Source: Octopus sinensis
Lineage: Eukaryota
Reading direction: 5' to 3'
NCBI RefSeq assembly: GCF_006345805.1
Contig: NC_043021.1
Span: 26,350,001-26,414,000, forward strand
DNA: 64,000 bases
Each line of letters begins with the position of its first letter. Position 1 is the first letter of the stretch. Made by a program: the position numbers and the translations under genes. Positions 24,953 to 37,348 of the stretch are shown in pieces. The notes below the pieces were generated by a model. The model searched no databases, had not been told where the DNA came from, and saw only the letters and a list, made by a program, of their open reading frames with translations.

Positions 24953-26294
24953 ATCATTTTAGAAAAATAATGAAGGACTGCAATGGAATATAAGAAATAT
25001 TCAATAATTGTAAAATTGTAAAATCTATGGTTAAGGACAGATGTTCTTTTGGAATGAGATGAGTGGATGCAGCTGCTTGGACATTTGGCATTTGGCATGG
25101 TTGACTGGACATTCAACTTGTTTGGGTGACAATATGTTTTGATGCTGAAGGCAAACACAGAGAGAGAGAGAGAGATACAGACAGAGAGAGGGAGAGGGGA
25201 GAAACATTAAAATGTCTGAAGTCAACTCTTTAGCATTCAAGCCGGCCATATCCGACCAAAATATTTAACCTGTTTTATGTTGAAACTGACCAGATCCAGC
25301 CTCTCACACCAACCCTGCAATGTCATTCCAAAACCAATTACATCATTGAAATTTCTAAATTACAAGACAATGCATGATTAATCCCAAACAATATAAATAA
25401 ACAAAAAGATTACATCCGACAATAATCCGAGTTCTAAAAGGTTAAGACAACATCAAATCAACGATGCCAAACAGGCAGCACTGAATCAGCCATGCCAAGA
25501 CATCTCATCCCCTATTCTTTTACCATTTCAGTGGACATTTGTATCACAACCAAAACTTTGGGGCAGGGCCTGCACTCTCCCCATCTTCATCAAACAGCCC
25601 TGTCTCTTCAAACTGATTGCATCCTCAACAAACTCTTCCCCCTCTCATAGTTTAGGGAACAGTCACAAGACGAGAAGAACTGGAGAGGAAACGTGGCAGA
25701 GCAGCATCGGATGAAGCCTGGCTTTTGTTTGTTTATAAAAGTGATGAATCAGAGCCGAGATAACTATGGATGTACGAGGGGAGGGGGGGAGAGAGAGAGA
25801 CAGACAGACAGACAGGCTGGCTGAGAGACAGAGAGAAAATGTTTGGTAGGGTGTGGTTTATATGGAGGAGAGAGAGAGTTGAAAAGATGTGTGTAGAGAG
25901 ACAGGGAGAGAGAAGGAGTTGATAAGGTATGGAGGGAGAGAGAGAGAGAGAGGGGGGGGAGTGAGAAGCAAGACAACAGCGAGAAACTTTTAATAAGATG
26001 TATGTTTGAATAAGAAGAGGTGAGATATCTTTGCAGTTCTAGATTTGCACCTGTGTATGCCAATGAGTGTGTAGCAAGGTAGAATTCTGCTTAATGCAAC
26101 AGAGACAGGGAGGGAGAGAGAGAGAGGGAGAGAGAGAGAGAGAGAGGGAGAGAGAGAGAGAGGGAGAGAGAATGTACTGTAGTAGAATTGGGCATAAAGT
26201 TAAACAGAAGTATGAAAGGGAGGACATGTTGTGGCAGGTTTTATATAAAAAAAAAAGGGGTCAAAAGGTGGGTGTTTTCTTGTCTTTCATTATT

Positions 26295-26495
26295 CCCCTT
26301 GTTTAAGTTATTTGGCTGCAGCCAAGGTGGGGCACCACTGTGAAGGGTTTTTTAGTCAAGCAAATCGACCCCAGGACTTATTTTCTTAAGCCTGGTACTT
26401 ATTCCATCAGTCTCTTTTGTCAAACTGCTAAGTTATGGGAATGTAAACACACCAACACTAGTTGTCAAATAGTGAGAAGGATACAAACACAGACA

Positions 26496-26529
<34 letters not shown>

Positions 26530-26668
26530 GAGCTTCTTTCAGTTTCTGTCTACCAAATCCACTCACAAGGCTTTGGTTGGCCCAAGACTATAGTAGAAGA
26601 CACTTGCCCAAGGACCCACAGAGTGTGACTGAACCAGAAATATGTGGTTGGAAAACAAGCTTCTTATA
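26295..26668 (-). mobile_element. tRNA-headed SINE family 1
   Basis: Consensus blocks. Confidence 0.75.
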
Positions 26669-26669
26669 T

Positions 26670-26897
26670 ATTTTTTTACTGCCCACAAGGGGCTACACAC
26701 AGTGAGGACAAACAAGGACAGACAAAGTGATTAAATTGATTATATCAACCCCAGTGCGTAACTGCTACTTATTTAACCGACCCTGAAAGGATGAAAGGCA
26801 AAGTTGACCTCAGCGGAATTTGAACTCAGAAAGTAATGGCAGACGAAATATCGCTAAGCATTTCGCCCGGCGTGCTACCGTTTCAGCTAGCTTCTTG
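26670..26897 (-). mobile_element. SINE family 3
   Basis: Minus strand ...GCACGCCGGGCGAAATGCTTAGCG...GAGTTCAAATTCCGC (B-box-like); multiple relatives in the window. Confidence 0.7.
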
Positions 26898-26932
26898 CCA
26901 CACAACCACTTCTCCACCTATATATATAAATA

Positions 26933-27295
26933 AAAATTATAATAAAAGGTTAATTGCAACAAGTTGCTCAAAACCACATACCGAAAATATTAGAAATAGC
27001 AGCCAAATTGATCACTATTTCTCCTACTAATAAAAGTCTCCACAAACAAACAGAATTTGTAACCCATATATGGTAAAAAGAAAGAAAATAACGAAATCTC
27101 ATCCTATGGATTAATTATAGATGAATATGGCTGCTATTTCTAATATTTTCGGTATGTGGTTTTGAGCAACTTGTTGCAATTAACCCTTTATTATAATTTA
27201 TATAATTCTTAGCAAATATGGTCTTTTCCATACCGATAAATCTACTAGGTGAAATTTATTAATTTTATTAAATTAATTACATTTCACCCTTTTTT
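26933..27295. mobile_element. Inverted pair of retrozyme-family module fragments
   Basis: 26935-27005 is the reverse complement of 27128-27198. Both are diverged relatives of 27535-27690. Confidence 0.7.
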
Positions 27296-27316
27296 TGTAT
27301 ATATATATATATATAT

Positions 27317-28191
27317 TGAAGAGAAAAGAAGTTTTGGTAAGGTAGAATTATTTAATATTTAATTCTTATGCTTTCCTAAAAACTTGATTTCGAAACGTGA
27401 GTCCGTAGATAACTTAAAATTGTATGATAGATTGCCGTCAATTCATTCTCTCTTACCTGTTTGTGTCTGCCTTCCAATTGCTGTTTTTACTGAGATCTCC
27501 CTTTTTAGTAGAAGAAATAGCTATAACTCTTTGACTGCTATTTCTAAATTCGGTATGTGGTAAGGCAATTCGTTGCTAAACCCTTTATTGCTTAGTATTA
27601 CTTAAATTTTCCTCGAATGAGGCTTTTACATGCCGAAGACTACTTGGTGTAATTGATAATTATTCCAAATTAATTAATTTCACCCTTCATTATTACGGAT
27701 AACCATATTTTATCTCAGTAGATGACCACAGCATCATGTTTTGGCTACACGCGGGTGGGAAGGGGCTGGTGACACAATCTTTTCATTCACACTTTGAATT
27801 TGGTGATACTAGTTGCGGATTCTAGCTCGCTCTGATGCTGAGTTGAGTTGGTGCCTTCTAGTATCTCAAAATTCAATATATAATCATTTATGATTATAGT
27901 ATTCTACGCTGAAGAGAAAAGAAGTTTTGGTAAGGTAGAATTATTTAATATTTAATTCTTATGCTTTCCTAAAAACTTGATTTTGAAACGTGCGTCTGTA
28001 GATAACTTAAAATTGTATGATAGATTGCCGTCAATTCATTCTCTCTTACCTGTTTGTGTCTGCCTTCCAATTGCTGTTTTTACTGAGATCTCCCTTTTTA
28101 GTAGAAGAAATAGCTATAACTCTTTGACTGCTATTTCTAAATTCGGTATGTGGTAAGGCAATTCGTTGCTAAACCCTTTATTGCTTAGTAT
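27317..28191 (+). mobile_element. Non-coding retrozyme/Penelope-like element, partial tandem (about 1.5 x 593 nt), inserted in (TA)n
   Basis: 27317-27598 is repeated at 27910-28191 with only 3 differences seen. Each repeat starts with a hammerhead motif. No ORF. Confidence 0.8.
27903..28002 (+). ncRNA. Type-I hammerhead ribozyme with long stem II
   Basis: TCTACG-CTGAAGA-[stem II]-GAAA-C GTGC G-TC-TGTAGA. Stem I is TCTACG/TGTAGA (CGTAGA in copy 1). Predicted GUC cleavage after 27996. Confidence 0.75.
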
Positions 28192-28653
28192 ATATATATA
28201 TATATATATTTGATAGACTTGGTCATTCTCTCTTTTGTAGTTATGGTATTCTAGAAAATTGCACCTTTGCAAACTCTGGCACTGTGGGCAGCCAGCAAGA
28301 TGATTTTTTCCCTGTCTTGTTTTAGCATTCTAAAGTAAGACATAGACTAAGCATAAGATTCTTCTATAATTTCCATGTGTGTGTTGAGTTGCAATGAGAG
28401 TAAGATTATCGATGTCTGAGAGTTCCAGTTCACAAAATGGTACAGAGGTGGCAATCGATATGAAGGTCAGCAGAGGTTTGGATCAAAACTGATGAGTTTT
28501 TAGACGAATGCATCTAAGCAGTCCTCAGTTTGGCTCATCCCTGCATTGGTAAGAGACCAAAATAAAGGACCTCAAAGGCATGTCTCACTTTCTCTGATTG
28601 GACATCCTCAAGTGGTGGTGATGGGGGACATTTTTGTAGATAAAAGAACCAAT

Positions 28654-29015
28654 ACAGGTGTAGCTATATATGGTAAGAAGTTTGCTTCCCAACCACATGA
28701 TTTTGGGTTCAGTCCCACCGCATGGCACCTTGGGCAAGTGTGTCCTACACCTCTGGCTGGCCAAAGCCTTGTAAGTGGATTTGGTAGATGGAAACTAGAA
28801 GAAGCCTGCTGTGTGTGTGTTTGTCCATCACCACCACTTGACAACCGGTGTTGGTGTGTTTACATCCCTACAACTTAACAGTTTGGCAAAAGAGACCAAT
28901 AGAGTAAGTACCAAGCTTTAAAATAGGAATAAGTCCTGAGGTCGATTCATTCAACTAAATATTCTTCCAGATGGTGCCCCAGTATGGGCACAGTCTAATG
29001 ATTAAAACAAATAAA
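28654..29015 (+). mobile_element. tRNA-headed SINE family 1
   Basis: Consensus blocks. Confidence 0.7.
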
Positions 29016-29896
29016 ATAAAATTGGAACTTTGGAATGTTCAGACATTTACTGACAAGATTTATCTTCTGGCCCCTTTTCAGGCCACCCTGCCTGAGACTA
29101 CCCTTGGTTCCATGATACAAGCTTCCAGCGTTTAAGAATTCTAAATTTAAACCTGGCATCAAAATTCCATCTTGTTTCAAATGTCAGCTGAAGAAGGACA
29201 AAGTTATTTTAGTGAATTCTTCACTATTTACAAAATCAGTCGAAGAAAGGCAGAGCATTTCAAGAGAGAAATGGTAAAAAAAAAAGAGGGGGGGTTAAAC
29301 AAGACCAGCTGGTGAGGGTGAATCGAAGGTATGTGACAGAGCAGAATTTTAGAGTGGTCATGGTAGGCTTGTCTGTGATGATCAGGTTGATAGATTTACA
29401 TGAATAAACAGGCTGACATTCATGATTGATGACTTGCAAATAAAAGGTTGTGTGTGTGTGCATGTAAGTATATAGTGTGCATGCACGTGTGCGTGTGTGT
29501 GTGTGTAAGTGTGTGTGAGAGTGTGTAAACTACAGTGCATAGTTGTGCATATAATGAAAAAGCAGAGAGAGAGAGAGAAAGAGGAATTAATTTTAATCCA
29601 TTGTTTGTGAAGCTGAAAAATGTATTTGTTCAGCTTAAAACCGTGCATCATTTGTATTGACTAGATTATAGGTAAATAGTAACATTGTAGAGTGTGTGTG
29701 TGTTGGAAGGGTTGGGGGCTGAATATGAAAAAGCTTAAAAAAAAAAACATGTACAGTAATTGAAGAAGATCATGAGCAGAAATATATAATTCCTACCAAC
29801 ATGGAATTATGATGGGTTACAGGGCTTCAAGTTAGAATCAAACCTGATTAAATTCATCTACAATCTTCTACTCTCAATGTTAATACAAGGCGGGGA

Positions 29897-30096
29897 GGGG
29901 GGGGGCTGAAAAGTTCCTGGATGTAAGGGGGCCACGAAAGGGCTGGTTGGAGGCCCAACCTTCCGAGTTCTTTTACAGGGCTTAGAAAAACTGAAGGACC
30001 CCTGCAAGAGGAATATGTTGAAGGAAATCATAATTAACTGATCCTCCTGCATTTACTTTTATCGAAAGCCAGGAACTTTTCAGCACCCCCTCATAT
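29897..30096. mobile_element. Mariner-derived MITE
   Basis: TIRs GGGGGGCTGAAAAGTTCCTGG and CCAGGAACTTTTCAGCACCCCC; residual GEYVE-like coding; TA at right flank. Confidence 0.7.
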
Positions 30097-30440
30097 ATAT
30101 AACCATCATCATCATCATCATCATTTTAACGTCCACTTTTCAGTGTTCACATCAGTCAGATGGAATTCTTTGAGACAGATTTTCTACAGCCAGATGCCCT
30201 TCCTGAGGCCAACCCTCACCTTTCCCTAAGCAAGAGATTATTTTCAGCATGACCCAAACAAATTTTCTCGAAAAAGTGGAAACAAATGATTGCCTGTATC
30301 ACCACGGCAACACTCGTTACAACAATCGGACAATGTCACAGCAAGGTGACACTCAAACACATACACACAGTCCATCTGTCCATTCATCCATACATACTCT
30401 TATATAATGAGCTTCTTTCAGTTTCCATATGCCAGGGGCC

Positions 30441-30647
30441 AGGAATCCCTCACCATATCACGGTTCACTATTTAAGCTTACACCGATTCCTCTCTGGTGT
30501 TGCTTTGCATTTAGAATAAAATAGATACAAATTATAAAAATAATTTTTAAAAACATACACTACAGTATTGTTTCTACTTCATGGATTTTCACCTATTCCG
30601 GTGGGGTTTTGGAACGTAACACCCACGATAGTCGAGGGATTACTGTA
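30441..30647. mobile_element. Tc1/pogo-type MITE nested in a SINE
   Basis: AATCCCTC and GAGGGATTACTG-TA ends; related to 41503-41715. Confidence 0.55.
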
Positions 30648-30914
30648 TACAGCAGAAGACATTTGCCCAAGGTGCCATACAGGAGGATTGACCCCAAGGT
30701 CGCATGACCAGAAAGTGAGCCGCCTAACCACACAGCCACACTTGCACCTATCTCATTATTAATAGAAACATTCATTAACTTTTGATACCAATCCACATGA
30801 GACCAACCACCCTGGTTGTTTAGTAAAGACTTTCTATTTTAAAAGTAATCTAAATTAAAACTTTCCATCAAAATTTTATGTTTAATATTTGTTCCAAAAG
30901 CATCACCTTAATAA

Positions 30915-31110
30915 TCCTTTCTATTATAGGCACAAGGCTTGAAATTGGGGGGGGGGGGGACATGATAGTGTGTGACCCCAGTACTCCACTGGTACTTAAT
31001 TTATTGATCCCAAAAGTATGAAAGGTAAAGTCCACCTCAGCGGAATTTGAACTCAGAACGTAGCTAAGCAGTTCGTCCAGCATGCCACCGATTCCGCCAG
31101 CTCCCCCACC
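30915..31110 (-). mobile_element. SINE family 3
   Basis: Matches 26670-26897. Confidence 0.65.
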
Positions 31111-31282
31111 CCGCCTTGCATCACTTTAATAATGACAAAGTTATTTCACCAAATTCTTCACTGTTTCCAAAATTGTTTGAAACAAAAATATTTCAATGGA
31201 AAAATGATAACAAAAAGATTGAAACAATGGTTTAATGATAGCAACGCCTAACGACAATGGAGAAGACGACAATGCAAGCAAA

Positions 31283-31467
31283 TCATCATCACCACCATCA
31301 TCATCATCACCACCACCACCACCACCACCACCACCACCACCATCACCATCACCATCACCATCTCCATCATCATCACCATCACCATCATCATCACCACCTC
31401 CATCATCATCATCATCATCACCACCACCACCACCACCATCATCACCACAATCACCATCACCATCATC
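31283..31467. repeat. (CAC/CAT)n trinucleotide tract, expanded LINE tail
   Basis: Direct reading; adjoins an RTE 3'-end sequence. Confidence 0.9.
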
Positions 31468-32667
31468 TTTTAATGTTCATTCTCCATGGCATGGGTTGGA
31501 TGGTCTGATGAGCTCCACTTGTCTGCTTTGACATAGTTTCTGCGGCTGAATGCTTTTCCTCACATCAACTGCCTTCATAGAGGGAGCCGGGTGCTTTTTA
31601 CCCGCCACTGGCATCCTCTTGCACTCATGTAACACTGGCACGAGTGTTACATGCACCAGCAGGAGTGCATCTTACATGGCACTGGCTGGAGCAGCATTTT
31701 ATGTCTGCAAGACAAAGACCTCTCACCTGGGAGAGGGAGTGGGGGAATGGCCATAAAGAATATGTCTGCATGGATGGATGGCCACAAATTTTTTTTAAGA
31801 AATGTAATGCTGAAAATTGCTGCCACCACCTCCATCATTACCATTGTTTTAATGCCTACTCGTCCATGCTCCAATGGGTCAGGGGAGAGTTTGTTGGGGG
31901 GGGGGGCTGATGTCTCTCACGTCACCAACCGTTCATTTGCTTCCCAGTAAGCAAATAGTCTTTAGACTCTTGAACAACAAAGAACCCGAACATGTTTATG
32001 GAGAACTGGAAACAATACGACTCTACATGAAGAGACGTTTTGTTTGCGAACATCAAGAACGGTATCAAGGAATCTGAAGAAGCTCACAGACAACACTTTG
32101 GACAAGACATTGTTTAGAAGCAAAGGAAATACAAATTCACATGCACACAGACACATAAACATACATATATATATACACACACACACACATATAGATGTAT
32201 AAATATATATATACAAAGCTGAGGTAGATGATGTCTACATCTGTACTATGAAAAGTTAAAACAGAATGGGGAAAATGAGTGAGGGACATAACCAAACCTG
32301 CAGACACTCTGTACTTGACAGAAAGTAGAGTAGGGAGTGAGAGAAAAAAAGAGAACGAGTTACATCAGTGTTCTTCGACCATTTTTTCCCTATGAACCCA
32401 TTATACTCTCGGAGTGGTTGGCATTAGGAAGGGCATCCAGCCATAGGACACCTTGCCAAGTTAGAATGGAGTCTGGTGCTGCCTTCCAACTTGCCAGCCC
32501 AGTCAAACCGTCCAACCCATGCCAGCATAGACAACAGATGATAAATGATGATGATGATGATGAACCTCCCGCCATTCCTATTTCACTCTACAAGACTATC
32601 ATAACCATTCTGTGTTTAAAAAAAAAATTGTATTTTTATAATTAAATATTAATTAAGAATTAAATAT

Positions 32668-33047
32668 TAGGTGCAGGAGTGGCTGTGTGGTAAGTAGCTT
32701 GCTTACCAACCACATGGTTCCGGGTTCTGTCCCACTGCATGGCACCTTGGGCAAGTGTTTTCTACTATAGCCTTGGGCTGACCAAAGCCTTGTGAGTGGA
32801 TTTGGTAGACGGAAACTGAAAGAAGCCCATCGTATATATGCATATATATATATATATATATATATGTATGTTTGTGTGTCTGTTTTTGTCCCACCAACAT
32901 TGCTTGACAACCGATGCTGGTGTGTTTACATCCCCATAACTTAGCGGTTTGGCAAAAGAGTAAGTCGTGGAGGCGATTTGCTCGACTGAAGGCAGTACTC
33001 CAGCATGGCCATAGTCAAATGAATGAAACAAGTAAAAGAGTAAAGAG
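32668..33047 (+). mobile_element. tRNA-headed SINE family 1
   Basis: Head, internal (TA)n and 3' part all present. Confidence 0.85.
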
Positions 33048-33282
33048 TAAATATTAATTAAATATTAATTAGGAATTAGAAATATTGAATTTCTAAATGT
33101 CTCAGAGAGATTGAGCGGTGGTGGAGCGATAGAGTGGTTGTATACTGTCAACATAACGTGCCAGTGGCGTAAAGGGAATCACTCCACCGCTATTTAGCCT
33201 CAACGCTTCCTGTCGGCTTTGACACATTTCCTGTGTCCTTATATTTGCAAAGGGGAGGCAAGCACCCCCACCCAGCCAGGGC

Positions 33283-33337
33283 CTGCCCCTAGAGACATGC
33301 ATGTTTGTGAGTCTTGCTCGTCATCAGTCCAGGGTAG
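33283..33337 (-). ncRNA. Type-I hammerhead-like motif (GAAA altered)
   Basis: CCCTGGA-CTGATGA-CGAG CAAGA CTCA-CAAA-CATGCATG-TC-TCTAGGG; 10-nt palindrome ACATGCATGT. Confidence 0.55.
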
Positions 33338-34402
33338 CAAGTCCTGCTAGTTGAGATGTTTGCCGAGACTTCGCAAATCTATATATTTTCAGTGAAATCT
33401 ATTCACTGATTACCAATTAGGAATTGTATAAAAAGAAATTGTTGAAACATTTTGGGTATTGTGGAAGTAAAAAGAATTTATTGCTTGTAAACTTTAACAA
33501 CAAGATCTCATACAGACCCCGAAGGATCATATGGATCCCTAAGGGTCGTATGAACCCTTATTGAGAACCACAGTGTTAGACCGTTGTCATGGACCCTCCT
33601 CTGTTGTTGTCCTGAACAGACGAGGGTCCCACAGTTTCTTGCTGATTTGTCCCCAGTGATCAAATAAATGAACTCCCTCTCTGCACCCAAACTGGCATGA
33701 CATGCAGAGGTTCCCCAATGTGCCATACGTCACATGTCAAAATGATCATAGAGTGACATGAGATGAAATGCTTTGTTCAAGAACACAATGCACTGCCTGG
33801 TCCAGGAATTGAAACCATGATATCTTGATTGTGACTGTAGCACCCTAACCACTGGACCATGCATTAGATCATAATAACGTTATAAACCAGAGCGTGCCAC
33901 ACTATTACCCCTGCCCCTTTCCGTTTACTGACATTTTCTTTTTTCAGTGCTTCCCCCCACTCCCCACAACCACTTGTTGTGACTCAACAATATTAGAGAC
34001 ACAACCAAAAATTTGCTGCCAACAGGTTGATTCTCCTTAAAGGACTTGGCATCAGAGTTATTTCATCAATATACAATGATACGGATTGTCAGAACAACAT
34101 TTTGACTCCTGATGTTAGCAGACAATTCACAAACAGAATAAGAAATTGAAAATGATCTATGGCATCCCCCACCCCCACCCCCTTTGTCCCCAGTAACCAT
34201 ATAAAAATTTTCTGCTGCAGTCAATGAGTGGTACCAGCCATTTTGAGTAGCATCGTTACAGAATAATCTGACAAGAAATTGCCAATTCAAGAGATGAGAG
34301 CCAAATGGAGACCAAAGACAGGCAACTCGGTCAAAGGTTTTGGTGAGAGGTCAAAGGTGGCAATATTGCTTTTACCAAAATCCTCGAGAGTAAAACACCA
34401 CT

Positions 34403-34433
<31 letters not shown>

Positions 34434-35224
34434 GTGAATGTGATGAAAGTAACCAGAGCTTAATACTGTTGATAGTTGGAAGTCTTGCACCACCAGACAG
34501 CAGGTTGGCTCTGGCCGCAGGAGCTGAAACTAACACGACTGTTAGAAGGTAGGTCTAGAGAGGGTGCAGGCCACAACTACGTGCCCTTCCCCTCCATTGG
34601 TCAATTGAAGCTTAGACAGTGTCACGTGACAGTTAGCTGGTGCTGGCTGCTGGAGGCTAGCGGTCAGTATTTAAAGAGATTTGGCAGGATGGTCAGTCGC
34701 CCGCTGACACTGCATCGAAGAAACCAAAAAACAAAAGGCCAAAGGAAAAAGAGGAAAGAAAAAACACACTCAACCACAGAGGTAGGGGTGGTGCCACATC
34801 AAAAATGGTAGAAGAGTAGGGCCCAAACCTGGACATGGTTCCTCCTGGTGATGTCCTTAGCCACTGGAGCCTATAAAAGAGCTGTTGAGGTAGCGAACCA
34901 CAAAAACGTGGTTGGAATTCCATCTATTGTTGCATGGAAAAAGTATCAGGTGGTTATTGAGAAGGAAATAAGAAAAAAAGTAGTTGTTCATAACAATGTC
35001 TGTCACTGATGAGATGTTGGAGAGAGAGAAATACTTGGCAGACTTAGAAACCTCATGAGTAAGGGCAGTGGTCCACAAATGATTTGAACCTGCACTCTAC
35101 TCCCCACCATCATTAACATCACTTAATGTCCACCTTTCCATACTTGCATTGGTCAGATGGAACGAAATGAGATGAATTTTCTGTTGTGATGCCCTTCCTG
35201 TCACTGACCCTCACTTGTTTCCAA

Positions 35225-35309
35225 CCAAGGTACTGTATATGCCAAGGTACTGTATATGCCAAGGTACTGTATATGCCAAGGTACTGTATATGCCAAGGTA
35301 CTGCATATG
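35225..35309. repeat. 17-bp minisatellite (GCCAAGGTACTGTATAT) about x5
   Basis: Direct reading. Confidence 0.9.
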
Positions 35310-36542
35310 ACACATTTCTTTTATTCTTGAATTGCCATGTGTTTAACGTGATCGCATTACAAACGGGATACTGAGTGTGTGAATGTATGATTAGACATAT
35401 TCAATTTGGGGTTTGTCCCAACTTGTAGGTGTCTCTCTTCTGTGGGTGCATCTTATACACCAGTGAACATGATTCTACTTCTGTATGGCCAGGCATGTTT
35501 CACAGATTAGAAAGAAATGACATTGTGTCCTGTCCCAGTTTCACATCATAAAACACTAAAAGCATAGTTTTAGATAAAATGGTTTCTTGAGCAGTCGTAA
35601 CCTATTTTACTATTAAATTAAACTTACATTTCTGCAGGCTTTGGAATCAATGCTTCATAACTCTACTTTTTTTTTTATACCTCTGCCCCCCACCCCCACC
35701 CTCACCCCCACCCCACCCCCCACACACAACTGCCTGCAAACAAAATATATAAAACTGGTCAGAAAAGCAAACAAACACACAAGAAGAAAAGATGATCAAT
35801 GAATATTTTTCAATATTTGAAGTAATTTTTTGTTTAAATATATGAATCTGAAAATGCATCATTGTTCAGCTGTGTTCATTCTTCTAACAACAGTCAAGCA
35901 AATGGACTTGACACAGGAGAAGCAGTGAAGACATAAAGGAATTATATATTACAACAAGTATATAAGATCTTTAATGCTGAATGCTCAAGTAATCAGTTTA
36001 TCAAGAACTGTAAAGTTACTGTCAACAATGTAAAACTGGAATGATGTGATGAGTGTTACTGTCAAATGAGCAGCGTTGGATGTGGAGAAATAATGCCTTG
36101 TTTGGAAACTGGTCACAGAAAATCTACCTCAATGAAATAAAGAAGCAATCTACCTCAATGAAATAAAGAAGCAGTCAAGTACTGGAGATAGGGGTCACTC
36201 TAATCAACTCGTCCCTTTGCCACAAATTCGAAATACTTGTTACCATGACAAACAGCTGCACATAGTCTTGGAGGTTGTTCGAGTTGCATTTCTGGCAATG
36301 ATCCTTTCTAAAATATGCACAAGGCCTGGAATTTTAAGAGAGAGGCCTAGTTGACTTGATCAACCTCATTATTTGATTGGTACTTATTTCATTGATGCTG
36401 AAAGGATGAAAGGTAAAGTTGACCTTGATGGAATTTGAACTCAGAACATGATCACAGACGTAAGGCCACTTTTGCCAGCTTGCCACTTTTATTCCTGGTT
36501 ATTTCCTTTTCAGCATTCCTTTAACTGTGTCAAGCCCTGACA

Positions 36543-36905
36543 CTTTTACTTGTTTCAGCCAGTAGACTGAGGCCATGCTGGATCACTGCCTTAGAGGGTT
36601 TTAGCAAAACAAATCAACCAGAGGACTTACTTTAAGTTAGGTACTTATTCTGTCAGTCTCTTTTGCTGAACCACAAAGTTAAGTGAAGCAGCGGAGGGAG
36701 CAAATACAAACAAAACATGCCCACCCCAACACACATATATCTGATAGGCTTCTACACAGTTTCCACCTAACAAATTACATAGAAGGCATTGGTTGGCCAG
36801 GAGCCAAAGCAGAAGGCACTTGTCCAAAGTGTTATGAAGTGGGATTGAACCCCAAACCAAAACCATGTCATTGTGAAGTAAACTTCTGGATCACACAGCC
36901 ATGCA
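36543..36905 (-). mobile_element. tRNA-headed SINE family 1 (old)
   Basis: Diverged consensus blocks. Confidence 0.6.
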
Positions 36906-37056
36906 AAAGAAAATCCTCATCATCATCATTGTTTAACATCTGCTTTCCATGCTGGCATGGGTTGGACAGTTTGACTGAGGACTGGTGAGCCAGATGGCTG
37001 CACCAGGCTCCAGTCTGATCTGGCAGAGTTAGGGTTAGAGTTATATATATATATAT

Positions 37057-37090
<34 letters not shown>

Positions 37091-37177
37091 ATATAAAGTT
37101 AATCCAAACATGGAAACACAACAACGTGAGGACGTGGAACAAGTATAGTGTTATTGGATGCTCAGGAAAGAAGGAGG

Positions 37178-37212
37178 ATTTAACATTTTGAGTGGAGCTC
37201 TTCGTCAGAAAC
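37178..37212 (-). ncRNA. Decayed minimal hammerhead motif
   Basis: GTTT-CTGACGA-A-GAG CTCCA CTC-AAAA-T-GTT-AAAT; same architecture as 19251. Confidence 0.45.
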
Positions 37213-37310
37213 ATAGGAAAAGGAAAGATCCAAGGAAGGGAAGACGGAGGGAAAAAAATCGCTAATGATACACATGTGGTCACATATTGAATGACCGGAA
37301 GGGTCATTAG

Positions 37311-37344
<34 letters not shown>

Positions 37345-37348
<4 letters not shown>

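Noticed and set aside
28484-28533. Hammerhead-like CTGATGAGT..ACGAATGC..GCAGTC
   Set aside because: GAAA is incomplete, stem II is only 2 bp, and the 3' flank pairs with the core itself rather than forming stem I.
31235-31531. Poly-His / poly-Pro ORFs
   Set aside because: Expanded trinucleotide tail of a LINE fragment.
37029-37043. TTAGGG telomeric repeat
   Set aside because: Fewer than three units; chance or degenerate.
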